Notes: generated by a model from the letters alone, not told the origin. A stretch of DNA of 24,000 bases from Chloroflexota bacterium (GCA_030609055.1 JAUWCZ010000011.1:1-24000); one strand, 5' to 3'; counted from the first letter of the stretch, positions 1 through 8,836 are shown. A program made the numbers and translations.

Positions 1-672
1 CAATAAAACCATAATCGCTTCCCGGGGCGACCGGAGGGATTCCAATCCATCTAGGAAACGACTCATAATATCCTTCACTTTCTCGCGATATTTTTCGGGA
101 ACCAAACGCTGAATCAGCCAAGCAGCAACTTTTTCCGCCCGTTCTGGAAACATGGCAGCCATCATGAAAACCGCCAGGGCACCAAAAAATGCAGTCGATC
201 CCCATAGCGCCAGAGTCTGGATATTGCCGATAAAGCCTGATGCAGTAGTTAGTGTCGCCAATTCCGGCAGATTTAAAAAGACAAACCCCAACATGACCAC
301 CCCGTCAAAGACCCGCTCCACAACGATGGTCGCCAGGGAAGCAGAAATTGAAATGTCCTGTTTCCGTTTCAGGACCACTGCCCGCAGGAGTTCCCCTGCC
401 CGGGCAGGATAGATATTATTGCCCATATAGCCAATGGCCACAATAGGAAACATCTTTTGTGTGGTAACTGCTTTTACGGGACGCAGGAGATAATGCCAAC
501 GCCAGGCTCTAACCCAGACACCCACAAAATACACCCCCACACCGGGAAGCAGCCACCAGTACCGGGCGGATTTTAATGGTTCCCAAATCTCTTTAAGCCC
601 AAGACCCCGCAGTGCCAGGTAAAGGAATCCAGCACTCAACGCTATTCCAACCCAGAATTGCCAGCGTTTCAT
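1..672 (-). CDS. Partial (N-terminal 224 codons) flippase-like / lysylphosphatidylglycerol-synthase-TM (UPF0104) family membrane protein; continues beyond position 1
   Basis: Absent from the ORF track because it has no stop in the window. The reverse strand from ATG 672-670 is open for all 224 codons to position 1: MKRWQFWVGIALSAGFLYLALRGLGLKEIWEPLKSARYWWLLPGVGVYFVGVWVRAWRWHYLL...GYMGNNIYPARAGELLRA... The multi-pass hydrophobic pattern and the YPAR.GE motif are typical of the UPF0104/TIGR00374 family. The track ORF 152..412(+) is antisense to it. Confidence 0.75.
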   Translation of the reverse strand, partial: MKRWQFWVGIALSAGFLYLALRGLGLKEIWEPLKSARYWWLLPGVGVYFVGVWVRAWRWHYLLRPVKAVTTQKMFPIVAIGYMGNNIYPARAGELLRAVVLKRKQDISISASLATIVVERVFDGVVMLGFVFLNLPELATLTTASGFIGNIQTLALWGSTAFFGALAVFMMAAMFPERAEKVAAWLIQRLVPEKYREKVKDIMSRFLDGLESLRSPREAIMVLL

Positions 673-679
673 GGGGTTC

Positions 680-688
680 ATTCTACCA
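680..688 (-). promoter_or_regulatory. Extended -10 element (TGGTAGAAT) placed 7 nt upstream of the ATG at 672; implies a leaderless mRNA
   Basis: Minus strand reads caTGGTAGAATgaaccccATG. There is no Shine-Dalgarno sequence in the 7-nt gap. Confidence 0.4.
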
Positions 689-786
689 TGAAGTCAAGGA
701 CGACTATTGAGCCTCTCAAACCTGTAAAATCAGTCTATTGTGATGACATATGTAGATCGATGGGGTTTAAAAAAACGGCTGTGAAG

Positions 787-2136
787 ATGTCGATTATAAT
801 TGGAATGATGAACTGGAAAATGGCATTAATTCTGATCGCGGTTCTGGTGGTAGGTGGATTGATCATCAGCTGGCAACTGGCACCTCATGTTGAGGACATT
901 GATCCTGCTGATACATCTTTAGCCGGCAGGCAGCCGCTTAAGATCACTTTTTCTCGCCCAATGGATCCGGATAGTCTCGAATCCAATTTTGACCTCGACC
1001 CATCAATTCGGGGGAAATTTTCCTGGACTGAAATGTTTGACGAAGTAATTTTTACCCCAGATAAACCCTGGCCATCCGGTAAAACCATCTCCGTTAGGAT
1101 ATCCTCTGGAGCCCGATCCAAAATAAGACTGCCCTTATTAAGGAATAGATCCTGGACCATACAAGTAAGTCCCATACTGCTCGCCTACCTGTGGCCAGCT
1201 GACAGCCAAAGCAACCTCTATCTGGTTAATCCAGAAACGGGGGATAATCAGACTCTGACGGCGGAAGACAGTGGTATTTTGGATTACACTGTCACCCCTG
1301 ATGGGTTGGCTATCATCTACAGCGTGCTAAATGAAAACGGGGAAAGTAAGATTGTCTCTCTGGACCTTGTGAGTGGAAAATCCACTCCCGCAATCGAATG
1401 CTCTAGGGGGCTTTGCCGCTCTCCCCGTGTATCTTTCGATGGATCTTTGCTGGCTTATGAATATATCTCGCGGGAGCCTGGGGAGCATCCCGGGATCCGG
1501 GTTTTCGACTTTGATGGTCATATTCATCTAACAATTGGCAACCCGGAAGAATATCTCGATAATCCTCTCTGGTCTCCTGAAGGTTGGCTCTCATATTACA
1601 ACCACACCCGGCAAATGTACGTCTTCTGGAACCCTGAAACTGATCAGGAACTTACTCTTGAGAATGAAACCGGCGGGGATGGAACCTGGTCAGCCGATGG
1701 TCGTTATTTTGTCTGTACAGAAATTTTGTTCATCGGTGAAACCTTGGCGCCCAGGCATCTACTGCTGTATGACGTGACAGAAGAGACACTGGTTGATCTC
1801 TCTCAAGGCAACTTCCTGGAAGACTTAAATCCTATTTTTGCTCCTCAGGGTCTTTCGCTAGCATTCAGCCGGAAATCTCTGGATCCGGCAGAGTGGTCAC
1901 CCGGGCGTCAGCTGTGGCTACTAGACCTTGAGGATAACCAAGCCAAGGCTTTGACTGCCGCTGTCGATTTTCATCATACATCTTTTGCCTGGCATCCCGA
2001 TGGGAATCAGCTGGCCTATGTCCGGTACAACCAGGCAAAACTCTCTGACCCCCCGGAAATTTGGCTGATAAACAGGGACGGCTCGGGGAACCTGCGGTTG
2101 ATCATCAATGCTTTTGCACCTTCTTGGATTCCATAA
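787..2136 (+). CDS. Membrane-anchored protein with an SbsA/Big_5-like Ig domain followed by TolB-type PD40 beta-propeller repeats
   Basis: ORF 658..2136. I prefer the ATG at 787 (or 805/808) because 658 overlaps the divergent gene start at 672 and the TM helix MALILIAVLVVGGLIISW follows. The Ig-like segment is PLKITFSRPMDPDSLESNFDLDP..GKFSWTE..VIFTPDKPWPSGKTISVRIS. Repeated PD40-like motifs are SPDGLAIIYS, SFDGSLLAYE, WSADGRYF, FAPQGLSLAFS and WHPDGNQLAYV. Confidence 0.7.
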   Translation: MSIIIGMMNWKMALILIAVLVVGGLIISWQLAPHVEDIDPADTSLAGRQPLKITFSRPMDPDSLESNFDLDPSIRGKFSWTEMFDEVIFTPDKPWPSGKTISVRISSGARSKIRLPLLRNRSWTIQVSPILLAYLWPADSQSNLYLVNPETGDNQTLTAEDSGILDYTVTPDGLAIIYSVLNENGESKIVSLDLVSGKSTPAIECSRGLCRSPRVSFDGSLLAYEYISREPGEHPGIRVFDFDGHIHLTIGNPEEYLDNPLWSPEGWLSYYNHTRQMYVFWNPETDQELTLENETGGDGTWSADGRYFVCTEILFIGETLAPRHLLLYDVTEETLVDLSQGNFLEDLNPIFAPQGLSLAFSRKSLDPAEWSPGRQLWLLDLEDNQAKALTAAVDFHHTSFAWHPDGNQLAYVRYNQAKLSDPPEIWLINRDGSGNLRLIINAFAPSWIP

Positions 2137-2137
2137 G

Positions 2138-3271
2138 ATGCAGGATTTAAAGGAACTCACCCGTAAAGTTAAACTGGAAGCCAACCGGCTGGGTTTTCCC
2201 CTTGTTGGAGTGACTTCGCCTAATCCTCCTGAACATATCGAATTTTACCGGGAGTGGATCAGCGCGGGGTACCACGGCACCATGGAATGGATGGCATCAA
2301 AAAGGGCTTTGTATCGACGAGCTGATCCAAAAAATATCCTGCCAGAATGCGAATCCATCCTTGTCCTTGGTTCACCTTATCCTTCCCCAAATCTCAATAG
2401 GCTGGATGGAAAAATCGCCTCATATGCCAGCAACCAGGATTATCATGAAGTATTAGAACAGGGCCTGAAGAACATTGTCCAATTCCTGGAAGATTCAATC
2501 GGTGAACCGCTCCCAAACCGCTGGTACACGGATACCGGGCCAATCCTGGAAAAGGATCTAGCTCAAAGGGCCGGTCTGGGTTGGATCGGAAAAAATACCA
2601 CTTTGATCAACCAAAAATACGGCTCGTATTTTTTCCTGGCAGAAATTCTATTGGGGATTAAGTTGAATCCGGATCCTCCATTTTCCTCCCAACTCTGTGG
2701 ATCCTGCACCTCCTGTCTGGATGCCTGTCCCACCAATAGCCTGACTGCACCCTACACCCTGGATGCCAACCTGTGTATTTCGTATCAGACTATCGAAAAC
2801 CGGGAGGTTATACCTGTGGACCTCCGCCCACTTCTCGGTGATTGGATTTTCGGCTGTGATATCTGCCAGCAAGTTTGCCCTTGGAACCAGCACAAACTTA
2901 AGGAAGGAGAAATCCTGGAAGAATTCCTTCCCCGACCGGAACTTACTACTCTGGATCTCATGAAGGAACAGGGGCTTTCCCAGGATGCCTTCAGTTCTAA
3001 ATTTAAAAACAGCCCGATCAAACGGACCAAGCGGAAAGGGTATTTGAGAAATATCGCTATCGCTCTTGGGAATTTAAAATCAACCGGATCGGTACCCACA
3101 TTAGCACAGGCTCTGCAGGACTCGGAACCCCTTGTACGTGGTCATGCCGCCTGGGCACTGGGTGAAATTGGCGGGGAAAAAGCCCAACAAGCTCTTCTGG
3201 AAGCAGCTGCAGATGAGGAAAACCCTCAGGTGAAAGAGGAAATCCTGAGGGCTCAAAGCAAGCTCGCTTAA
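2138..3271 (+). CDS. queG: tRNA epoxyqueuosine(34) reductase QueG
   Basis: N-terminus MQDLKELTRKVKLEANRLGFPLVGVTS...YREWISAGYHGTMEWMA. Two 4Fe-4S ferredoxin motifs are CGSCTSCLDACP and CDICQQVCPWN. The motif CISYQTIE is present, as is a C-terminal HEAT-like PLVRGHAAWALGEIG. The ATG at 2138 lies 1 nt after the upstream TAA (2134-2136). Confidence 0.9.
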   Translation: MQDLKELTRKVKLEANRLGFPLVGVTSPNPPEHIEFYREWISAGYHGTMEWMASKRALYRRADPKNILPECESILVLGSPYPSPNLNRLDGKIASYASNQDYHEVLEQGLKNIVQFLEDSIGEPLPNRWYTDTGPILEKDLAQRAGLGWIGKNTTLINQKYGSYFFLAEILLGIKLNPDPPFSSQLCGSCTSCLDACPTNSLTAPYTLDANLCISYQTIENREVIPVDLRPLLGDWIFGCDICQQVCPWNQHKLKEGEILEEFLPRPELTTLDLMKEQGLSQDAFSSKFKNSPIKRTKRKGYLRNIAIALGNLKSTGSVPTLAQALQDSEPLVRGHAAWALGEIGGEKAQQALLEAAADEENPQVKEEILRAQSKLA

Positions 3272-3293
3272 TCCATTCAACTGTCAAAATAAT

Positions 3294-4169
3294 TCAAGCG
3301 AAGCTGCCCCTGCGCTTCAGCCTTCTTTGGATGGTTTTATAAGACCAGGCCAATACAAAAAACAACGTTGTGGTTAACACTATGGCAGGACCAGAAGCCA
3401 CGTTGACATAATACGAAAGATACAAACCAATCACTCCTGAGGCAGAAGCGATCATCGCCCCCAGAATCATCATCACCGGCAATCGCTTGGTAAGCAGATA
3501 AGCTGCAGCAGCCGGTGTCACCAACATAGCAACCATTAATGCGACACCCACAGCTTGAAAAGAAACCGCTATCGTTAGCGCGATCAGAACTAGCTGGAGA
3601 TACTCAAAAATCCGAGTGGGGATTCTTAGGGTGGCTGCCAATGTGGGATCAAATGTGAGGACCAGGAATTCCTTATAGAATCCTATCACCAGCAGGAGAA
3701 TCACCCCGCTGAACGCAGCAATAGTGATCAATTGGTTGCCAGATACACCCAGTACATCCCCAAATAGAAAATGGGTCAGGTCCACAGTATAACTCCTCAT
3801 CGTGGAGATAATGGCGATACCCAGTGCGAACATGCCAGCAAATATAACTCCAATAGCAGTATCCTCTTTGATTTTTGCACCCCGGCTAACCGCACCTATT
3901 GCCAGCGATACAATCACCGCCGTCCCTGTCCCCCACCAGAAGAGTGTTTCCCGTACCCCACCTGTCACCAGGTAGCCCACGGCAACACCGGGCAAAATCG
4001 CGTGCGCCAGAGCGTCTCCAAAGAATGCCATCCCTCGAAGTACCACGTATACACCCACCACAGCACAAACGATACCAGTTAGCACTGCGGCAGTTATCCC
4101 CCGGACCATGAAGGAGTATTGCAGTGGAGTAAAGATAATTTCAAAAAAGGTCATCATGATCTCCTTCAC
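3294..4169 (-). CDS. znuB: Metal (Zn/Mn-type, ABC-3 family) ABC transporter permease
   Basis: 291 aa and highly hydrophobic, with about 8 TM segments. It looks ABC-3/ZnuB/TroC-like (FGDALAHAILPGVAVGYL). It is the last gene of an SBP-ATPase-permease operon and overlaps the ATPase stop. Zinc specificity is inferred from context only. Confidence 0.8.
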   Translation of the reverse strand: MKEIMMTFFEIIFTPLQYSFMVRGITAAVLTGIVCAVVGVYVVLRGMAFFGDALAHAILPGVAVGYLVTGGVRETLFWWGTGTAVIVSLAIGAVSRGAKIKEDTAIGVIFAGMFALGIAIISTMRSYTVDLTHFLFGDVLGVSGNQLITIAAFSGVILLLVIGFYKEFLVLTFDPTLAATLRIPTRIFEYLQLVLIALTIAVSFQAVGVALMVAMLVTPAAAAYLLTKRLPVMMILGAMIASASGVIGLYLSYYVNVASGPAIVLTTTLFFVLAWSYKTIQRRLKRRGSFA

Positions 4170-4992
4170 AGCAACTGTCGCCTACTGCCAGAGTGTCAAA
4201 TTCACCCTCTACAAAGTGGAGATGCCCCTGGTATGCTTGCAGTAATAGATCCCGGGTGAATACCTCCTCAGGGGATCCAAACCCCAACAATCTTTTGTTC
4301 AGAAGCATCACACGCTGGAATTGTTCCGCAGCCAATCGGAGATCATGCATGGAAATTATGAATGTGACCTCGCGATCCTGGAGCGTCTCCAGGATGGTCA
4401 GGATGCTTTCCTGGGCTGGGACGTCGAGTCCATTAAGGGGCTCATCCAACAGCATCAATTCTGCCTCCTGAGCTAAAGCTCTGGCGATGAACATCCGCTG
4501 CTGTTCCCCGCCAGATAACTCGCTGATTTGGCGTTGGGAAAGATCGGAAAGACCCACAAATTCGATTGAGCGACGGACCACATCCCAGTCATCCGATTGG
4601 GGCCAGAGAAATGGTCCCATTTTGTTAATCCTTCCCATCATCACCACATCGTCGACAGTAGCCGGGAAGGACCAATCCACCTGGCTGCGTTGCGGTACAT
4701 AGGCAATACAGGTATGACCTCCAGGTTCATATCCGGACACCTTTACAACGCCCTCAGCAGGTTCCTGGATTCCAGCAATGACTTCAAATAAGGTTGTTTT
4801 CCCGGCACCATTGGGTCCAACAAGGGCAATTCCTTCCCCGGATGAGATATCGAAGGAAATGTTCTTTAATACGGTCCCGGTTTCATAACGGACAGATACT
4901 TGTTCCAGTACCAGTAACGGGGCATCCGGCTGATGTGGAGCGTACCGCCTGGAAAAAGACTGTCTGCGGAAAGAGTCAATCAGATTTTTCAT
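4141..4992 (-). CDS. znuC: Metal ABC transporter ATP-binding protein
   Basis: Walker A GPNGAGKTT, ABC signature LSGGEQQR, Walker B LMLLDEP and an H-loop MHD. It lies between the SBP and permease genes. Confidence 0.85.
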   Translation of the reverse strand: MKNLIDSFRRQSFSRRYAPHQPDAPLLVLEQVSVRYETGTVLKNISFDISSGEGIALVGPNGAGKTTLFEVIAGIQEPAEGVVKVSGYEPGGHTCIAYVPQRSQVDWSFPATVDDVVMMGRINKMGPFLWPQSDDWDVVRRSIEFVGLSDLSQRQISELSGGEQQRMFIARALAQEAELMLLDEPLNGLDVPAQESILTILETLQDREVTFIISMHDLRLAAEQFQRVMLLNKRLLGFGSPEEVFTRDLLLQAYQGHLHFVEGEFDTLAVGDSCCEGDHDDLF

Positions 4993-5025
4993 GCCATTAA
5001 TACTCCTACAGATCAGACTGTTGAT

Positions 5026-6006
5026 TTATTTTAGAGCATCCACTATAGTCTTAATATTGAATCTCATAAAAGTCAGGTAACTCTCTGCTGGAGGTTCAGC
5101 AGAGAGAGAACTAATATAAAGAGGAATCAAGTTAATACCGGTTTCTTCCGCAACCCGTTGAGAAAGAGTGGAATCATAATCAATTCCCACAAATATGGCT
5201 TTTACTTCCTGCTCACGGATGGTATCAATCAGCTCGGCCAGCTGCTGTCCGGATGTTTCCGCTTCTGTAGTTTGAGCAGGGATCACTGCCCCTATTTGCT
5301 CAAATCCATACTCTTCTGCGAAATAATTTAAAGAAGTATGATCTGTCACTAACTTTCGATTTTCAGGGGGTATTTGAGCCACTTGTTCCCGGATCCAGTA
5401 ATCTAATTGTATAATTTCACTCCTGTAAGCAGCTGCATTGTTGCGATAGGTCTCATTGTTGTCGGGGTCATTCTCTCCCAGCACTGCTTCGATATTATCG
5501 ATCCAGATCATGATGTTGTTGGGGTTAAACCAGACATGCGGATCCTCACCGCTGCTGCTGGGTAATTTTTCACTCTTATGGTCCTGATCTTGTTCTTCAT
5601 CCCCCTTGTGCTCACTATCAGGATCCCTCACTTCCAACGGGGAAATGCCCTCAGAAACCTCAAACACTGCTGCAGTGGTCTCTATTCCGTCAAGTAAATC
5701 ATCCAAGAACTCTTCCAGACCCAGACCATTTACAAAGATTAAATCTGCCTTGGAAACCTTAACCAGATCCTGGGGCGTGGTCTGGTAAACGTGGGGATTC
5801 TGCCCGGCTTCCAGAAGCACAGTAAGTTCAATGACATCCCCTGCGATAATTCCTACTACATCCCCCAGGAAAGTTGTGGTTGTGACAACCCTAAGTTTTT
5901 CAGTTACCGGAGGGGTTCCCCCTGATTTTGTACGACAGCCCACAAAACAAACACTTAGTAGTGTCAGTATCAGGAAAAATGACCCAATTCGGATTTGTTT
6001 CTTCAT
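5026..6006 (-). CDS. znuA: Metal ABC transporter substrate-binding lipoprotein (TroA/ZnuA cluster 9) with an acidic/His-rich loop
   Basis: From the ATG at 6006 the signal peptide and lipobox read MKKQIRIGSFFLILTLLSVCFVGC. Metal-site motifs are GQNPHVY and DPHVWF. The loop DPDSEHKGDEEQDQDHKSEK resembles the ZnuA-type flexible loop. The track start at 6036 (TTG) would overlap zur. Confidence 0.8.
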   Translation of the reverse strand: MKKQIRIGSFFLILTLLSVCFVGCRTKSGGTPPVTEKLRVVTTTTFLGDVVGIIAGDVIELTVLLEAGQNPHVYQTTPQDLVKVSKADLIFVNGLGLEEFLDDLLDGIETTAAVFEVSEGISPLEVRDPDSEHKGDEEQDQDHKSEKLPSSSGEDPHVWFNPNNIMIWIDNIEAVLGENDPDNNETYRNNAAAYRSEIIQLDYWIREQVAQIPPENRKLVTDHTSLNYFAEEYGFEQIGAVIPAQTTEAETSGQQLAELIDTIREQEVKAIFVGIDYDSTLSQRVAEETGINLIPLYISSLSAEPPAESYLTFMRFNIKTIVDALK

Positions 6007-6023
6007 GACATATCTTATTATTA

Positions 6024-6467
6024 TTAATTTAAACAACCATCACAACGCCCGAAGAACTGCAGCCAATGATCATCCACCCGATATCCGGTCTGCTTTTCGA
6101 TCGCAGTGATATATCCATCGATATCCACATTTCCCTCTATAACCTGCATCTGTCCGCAGTCCCTGCAGATCAAGTGATGTTTATGGCCCTCCAGAGTCGG
6201 CCAGATACCGTGACATCCTCCGGGTTGGTGGATCTGCTGAATTAACCCCAGTTCTTCCAGCATCTCCAGGGTGCGGTATACACTGGCGATTCCCAGAGAC
6301 CGTTCCAACTCCAAAGATTTTTGATAGATCTCCTGTGGGGTAAGGGCGGTTTCACTGGCAGCAATAATCTCCATCACCTGGCGGCGGGGCCGGGTCATCC
6401 GATAGCCGTGTTGGTGCAGCGAATCCTGCCAGGTATTAAGAACCTGCTCCACGTTAGATGGTGTCAT
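6024..6467 (-). CDS. zur: Fur-family metalloregulator, probably Zur
   Basis: 147 aa. A winged-helix N-terminus (RMTRPRRQVMEIIA..ALTPQEIY) is followed by HHLICRDCG...RCDGC metal-binding CxxC pairs. It is the first gene of the metal ABC operon and has a Fur-box palindrome in its own promoter. Confidence 0.8.
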   Translation of the reverse strand: MTPSNVEQVLNTWQDSLHQHGYRMTRPRRQVMEIIAASETALTPQEIYQKSLELERSLGIASVYRTLEMLEELGLIQQIHQPGGCHGIWPTLEGHKHHLICRDCGQMQVIEGNVDIDGYITAIEKQTGYRVDDHWLQFFGRCDGCLN

Positions 6468-6482
6468 GGAAACCTTCCTTAT

Positions 6483-6503
6483 TGATAATAATTATCATTA
6501 TCA
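6483..6503 (-). promoter_or_regulatory. Fur/Zur-box-like operator (7-7-7 inverted repeat TGATAAT-N7-ATTATCA)
   Basis: Minus strand TGATAATGATAATTATTATCA resembles the classical Fur box GATAATGATAATCATTATC. It lies between the -10 hexamer and the zur SD/ATG. Confidence 0.7.
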
Positions 6504-6511
6504 GTTGGGTT

Positions 6512-6541
6512 ATTATACTTTTCTGCTATTCTTTTTGTCAA
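6512..6541 (-). promoter_or_regulatory. Sigma-70-type promoter of the zur-znuACB operon
   Basis: Minus strand has TTGACA (6541-6536), an 18-nt spacer, then TATAAT (6517-6512). Both hexamers are perfect consensus. Confidence 0.65.
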
Positions 6542-6561
6542 GAGCTATCCCTGCCATTAAC

Positions 6562-6589
6562 ACAAAAAAGCCGGACAAATAGTCCGGCT
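6562..6589 (-). terminator. Rho-independent terminator downstream of the LysM gene
   Basis: Minus strand AGCCGGAC-TATTT-GTCCGGCT (8-bp perfect stem) is followed by TTTTTGTG. Confidence 0.75.
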
Positions 6590-6609
6590 CTTCATTTTTT
6601 GGGGGCTTA

Positions 6610-7380
6610 TTATTGTATTGGTACGGGGGTTAAGGTTGATATCGATCCGGGGGTGTTAATGAGTGTGTCCTCAACTTCGTCCGTGGGCGCAGGGGTCACC
6701 AGGTTCACTCGCACAATTAGAATCTGTCCTGGGAAAATGGCATTAGGATCTTCCAGGTCATCGTTATAGATCAATATATCCTCAACAGTGCTCCGCAGAA
6801 TAACTGCAATTGAACCCAGGGAATCCCCTGGGCGAACCATATACTCCACCCGGAAACCCGGGAGAACGTCGAAAGGAATGGGTGTAGGGGTAGCTACAGT
6901 CGCGCCTGGCGCTGGGACAAGGACTTCATCACCCACAAACAGAATCGGGTTGGATAGGTCGAGATCCAGGCGATCCTCGGCGGCGTTATACACCAGTAGA
7001 GTAAAAATATCCATATCAAATTGCTCTGCGATAGAAGCAAAGGTATCGTCTTCTTCAGCAATGTAGATCACAGCACCGGAACGGGTTGGCGAAGGGCTCG
7101 GTGAAGGAGTATTTGTAGGCAGCGACTCAGTCGGTGTTAACGTGATAGTCGCTGTAGGTGGAATCGGGCTGGGTGTAAAAGTTGCCGTTGGGGTTGGTGT
7201 TTTGGATGCAAAGATTGTCCCGATATCCATCCTGGTGCCGGTCAGCCAGAAAATCAGGAAAGCTGCACCAAGAATAATCAATAAAATCGTGCCTACAAAG
7301 AGCAAAATGTTTTGCCAGGATTGGTTTTGCCGCTTCCGGTAAGAGTTTATGATCTTTTTGGTTGATTCCTTATCACTCAT
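6610..7380 (-). CDS. Membrane-anchored protein with two LysM peptidoglycan-binding domains and Pro/Thr/Ser-rich linkers
   Basis: N-terminal TM NILLFVGTILLIILGAAFLIFWL. PT-rich linkers are present. LysM-like units are YIAEEDDTFASIAEQFDMDIFTLLVYN...VGDEVLVP and YMVRPGDSLGSIAVILRSTVEDILIYN...IFPGQILIV. Confidence 0.8.
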   Translation of the reverse strand: MSDKESTKKIINSYRKRQNQSWQNILLFVGTILLIILGAAFLIFWLTGTRMDIGTIFASKTPTPTATFTPSPIPPTATITLTPTESLPTNTPSPSPSPTRSGAVIYIAEEDDTFASIAEQFDMDIFTLLVYNAAEDRLDLDLSNPILFVGDEVLVPAPGATVATPTPIPFDVLPGFRVEYMVRPGDSLGSIAVILRSTVEDILIYNDDLEDPNAIFPGQILIVRVNLVTPAPTDEVEDTLINTPGSISTLTPVPIQ

Positions 7381-7529
7381 ACAAATTTATCCTTACTGAA
7401 TTGAGCTTTTATTCTACCACCTGTGCTGGTTATATTTCAGTAGGCTCAGTTCGGTTTTTCCTGCTGTATTCACGTTAATTCTACCTTATTTTCAGGACCC
7501 TGACGAATTCCCTCCATAGCGGGCAGGAT

Positions 7530-8711
7530 TCAGCGGTGAATCGAGAGGGAATCCCAGACAGCAAAATTCTTGTCTGAATCGGTATTGGCAAGCACCACTA
7601 AAAAGATCTGCACAGTTTCCCCCTTATAATCATCCAGGTCGATTTCAAAAGTCTTCATTTGATCATCACAGATCTCATTCCAATCTAGGAGAGTGATTAT
7701 GGTAGCGGGATTACCTCCTACCATGAGATTGATCCTGAAATCCACATCCCCGTTACCACAATTTCCACCTGGATTTGTAATTATCCCAACCCGGCCAAAT
7801 AATAAATCACCTGCATTTACTTTATAATCCGGAAATCGCCCGATGATATATTTCCCTTCTCCCACCGGTGGATAAGCTGCCAGTAAAATACCTGATATTC
7901 TACCTCCCTCCAACTCCTGACCACTCTGGAGAGCGATATAAGGATCACCGGGATCTCCCGGATCATCAAAAGTGAGGATTTCTCCTCCCAGGTCAATGTA
8001 ATCCACAGGTAAGGATCCGCTTCCCCAGGCAGCATCGTCTGCATAGATATTAAAATCAAACATCATCCCGGCCCCTTCAACGACGTTGATTTGAACCCAG
8101 AATGCTTTGTTAAATTCTCCCACGCCAAAACCATCCCCCTTTACATTGCGTAATTTCCAAAAGCCCTCGTATGTGCCAGTCTCCTGGGGAGCAACCAGAT
8201 CAACTGACACATCCACTGTATCACCGGGTTGAATAGTCTCTGAGGTCAATTCCAGAGAGGCAGGTCCACTGAGAGAATCTCCGCTCTCAAAATATAGTAG
8301 ATAACCAATGGTCCATGGACAGGACCCCGCATTCTCCAGCCGCCAGGTTTTAGTGAAATGTTCTCCCGGGGCAAGATCCATATCATCCGGGATGGTGACA
8401 TCTCTAATGAATTTAACCAGATCACAGGGCAATTCCGAATCTTCGTCCCCTCCCTCTGGTGTCAGGGTAGGAATTTTAAAGGTTGGTGTTGCAGAAGCAA
8501 GGAGAGTATCTTTCGGTACTGCTGTTCCCGGGGGTTGTGTGGAATCCGGTTTGCCGATACCAGCAGCGGTTAACTGGACAGAAACTGTCATCGCTGCCTC
8601 GGTATACAATGCGCCAGGCTTTCCTTCCGTCGGGGGGTTGTCCTGAGGCAGATTACAGGCACTTAAGATCACAATTAACAACAGACAGCAAGCTAAAAAC
8701 CATCTTTTCAT
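7530..8711 (-). CDS. Secreted lipoprotein with an NBR1-like Ig (N_BRCA1_IG-type) domain and an uncharacterised C-terminal beta-rich domain
   Basis: Signal peptide and lipobox read MKRWFLACCLLLIVILSAC. The segment CDLVKFIRDVTIPDDMDLAPGEHFTKTWRLENAGSCPW...VDVSVDLVAPQETGTYEGFWKLRN matches the NBR1-like Ig pattern. An AGGAG SD lies upstream of the ATG at 8711. Confidence 0.6.
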   Translation of the reverse strand: MKRWFLACCLLLIVILSACNLPQDNPPTEGKPGALYTEAAMTVSVQLTAAGIGKPDSTQPPGTAVPKDTLLASATPTFKIPTLTPEGGDEDSELPCDLVKFIRDVTIPDDMDLAPGEHFTKTWRLENAGSCPWTIGYLLYFESGDSLSGPASLELTSETIQPGDTVDVSVDLVAPQETGTYEGFWKLRNVKGDGFGVGEFNKAFWVQINVVEGAGMMFDFNIYADDAAWGSGSLPVDYIDLGGEILTFDDPGDPGDPYIALQSGQELEGGRISGILLAAYPPVGEGKYIIGRFPDYKVNAGDLLFGRVGIITNPGGNCGNGDVDFRINLMVGGNPATIITLLDWNEICDDQMKTFEIDLDDYKGETVQIFLVVLANTDSDKNFAVWDSLSIHR

Positions 8712-8836
8712 ATTATTCGCACTCCTGAAAAGAAATTGGTATCTATTTTATTGTACCCAAAACTCTCCCAATCGTGACAGGATCATAATCCACTCCCCCT
8801 GGAAGAATATTTTAAACAAGGGAATTCTGGTCGGAT

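Noticed and set aside
152-412. Track ORF of 86 aa on the plus strand
   Set aside because: It lies entirely antisense to the much longer, family-recognisable membrane-protein frame (1..672, minus). It has an Arg/Ala/Thr-rich low-information composition and no SD.
658-786. Upstream extension of the TolB-like ORF (start at 658)
   Set aside because: It would overlap the divergent gene start at 672 and its promoter. The added 43 residues precede the obvious TM anchor and have no signal-peptide character, so ATG 787 (or 805/808) is preferred.
6850-7240. Apparent tandem repeats in the LysM gene
   Set aside because: These are Pro/Thr/Ser-rich low-complexity linker coding sequence (TPTPTATFTPSPIPPTATITLTPT..SPSPSPT), not a discrete DNA repeat array.
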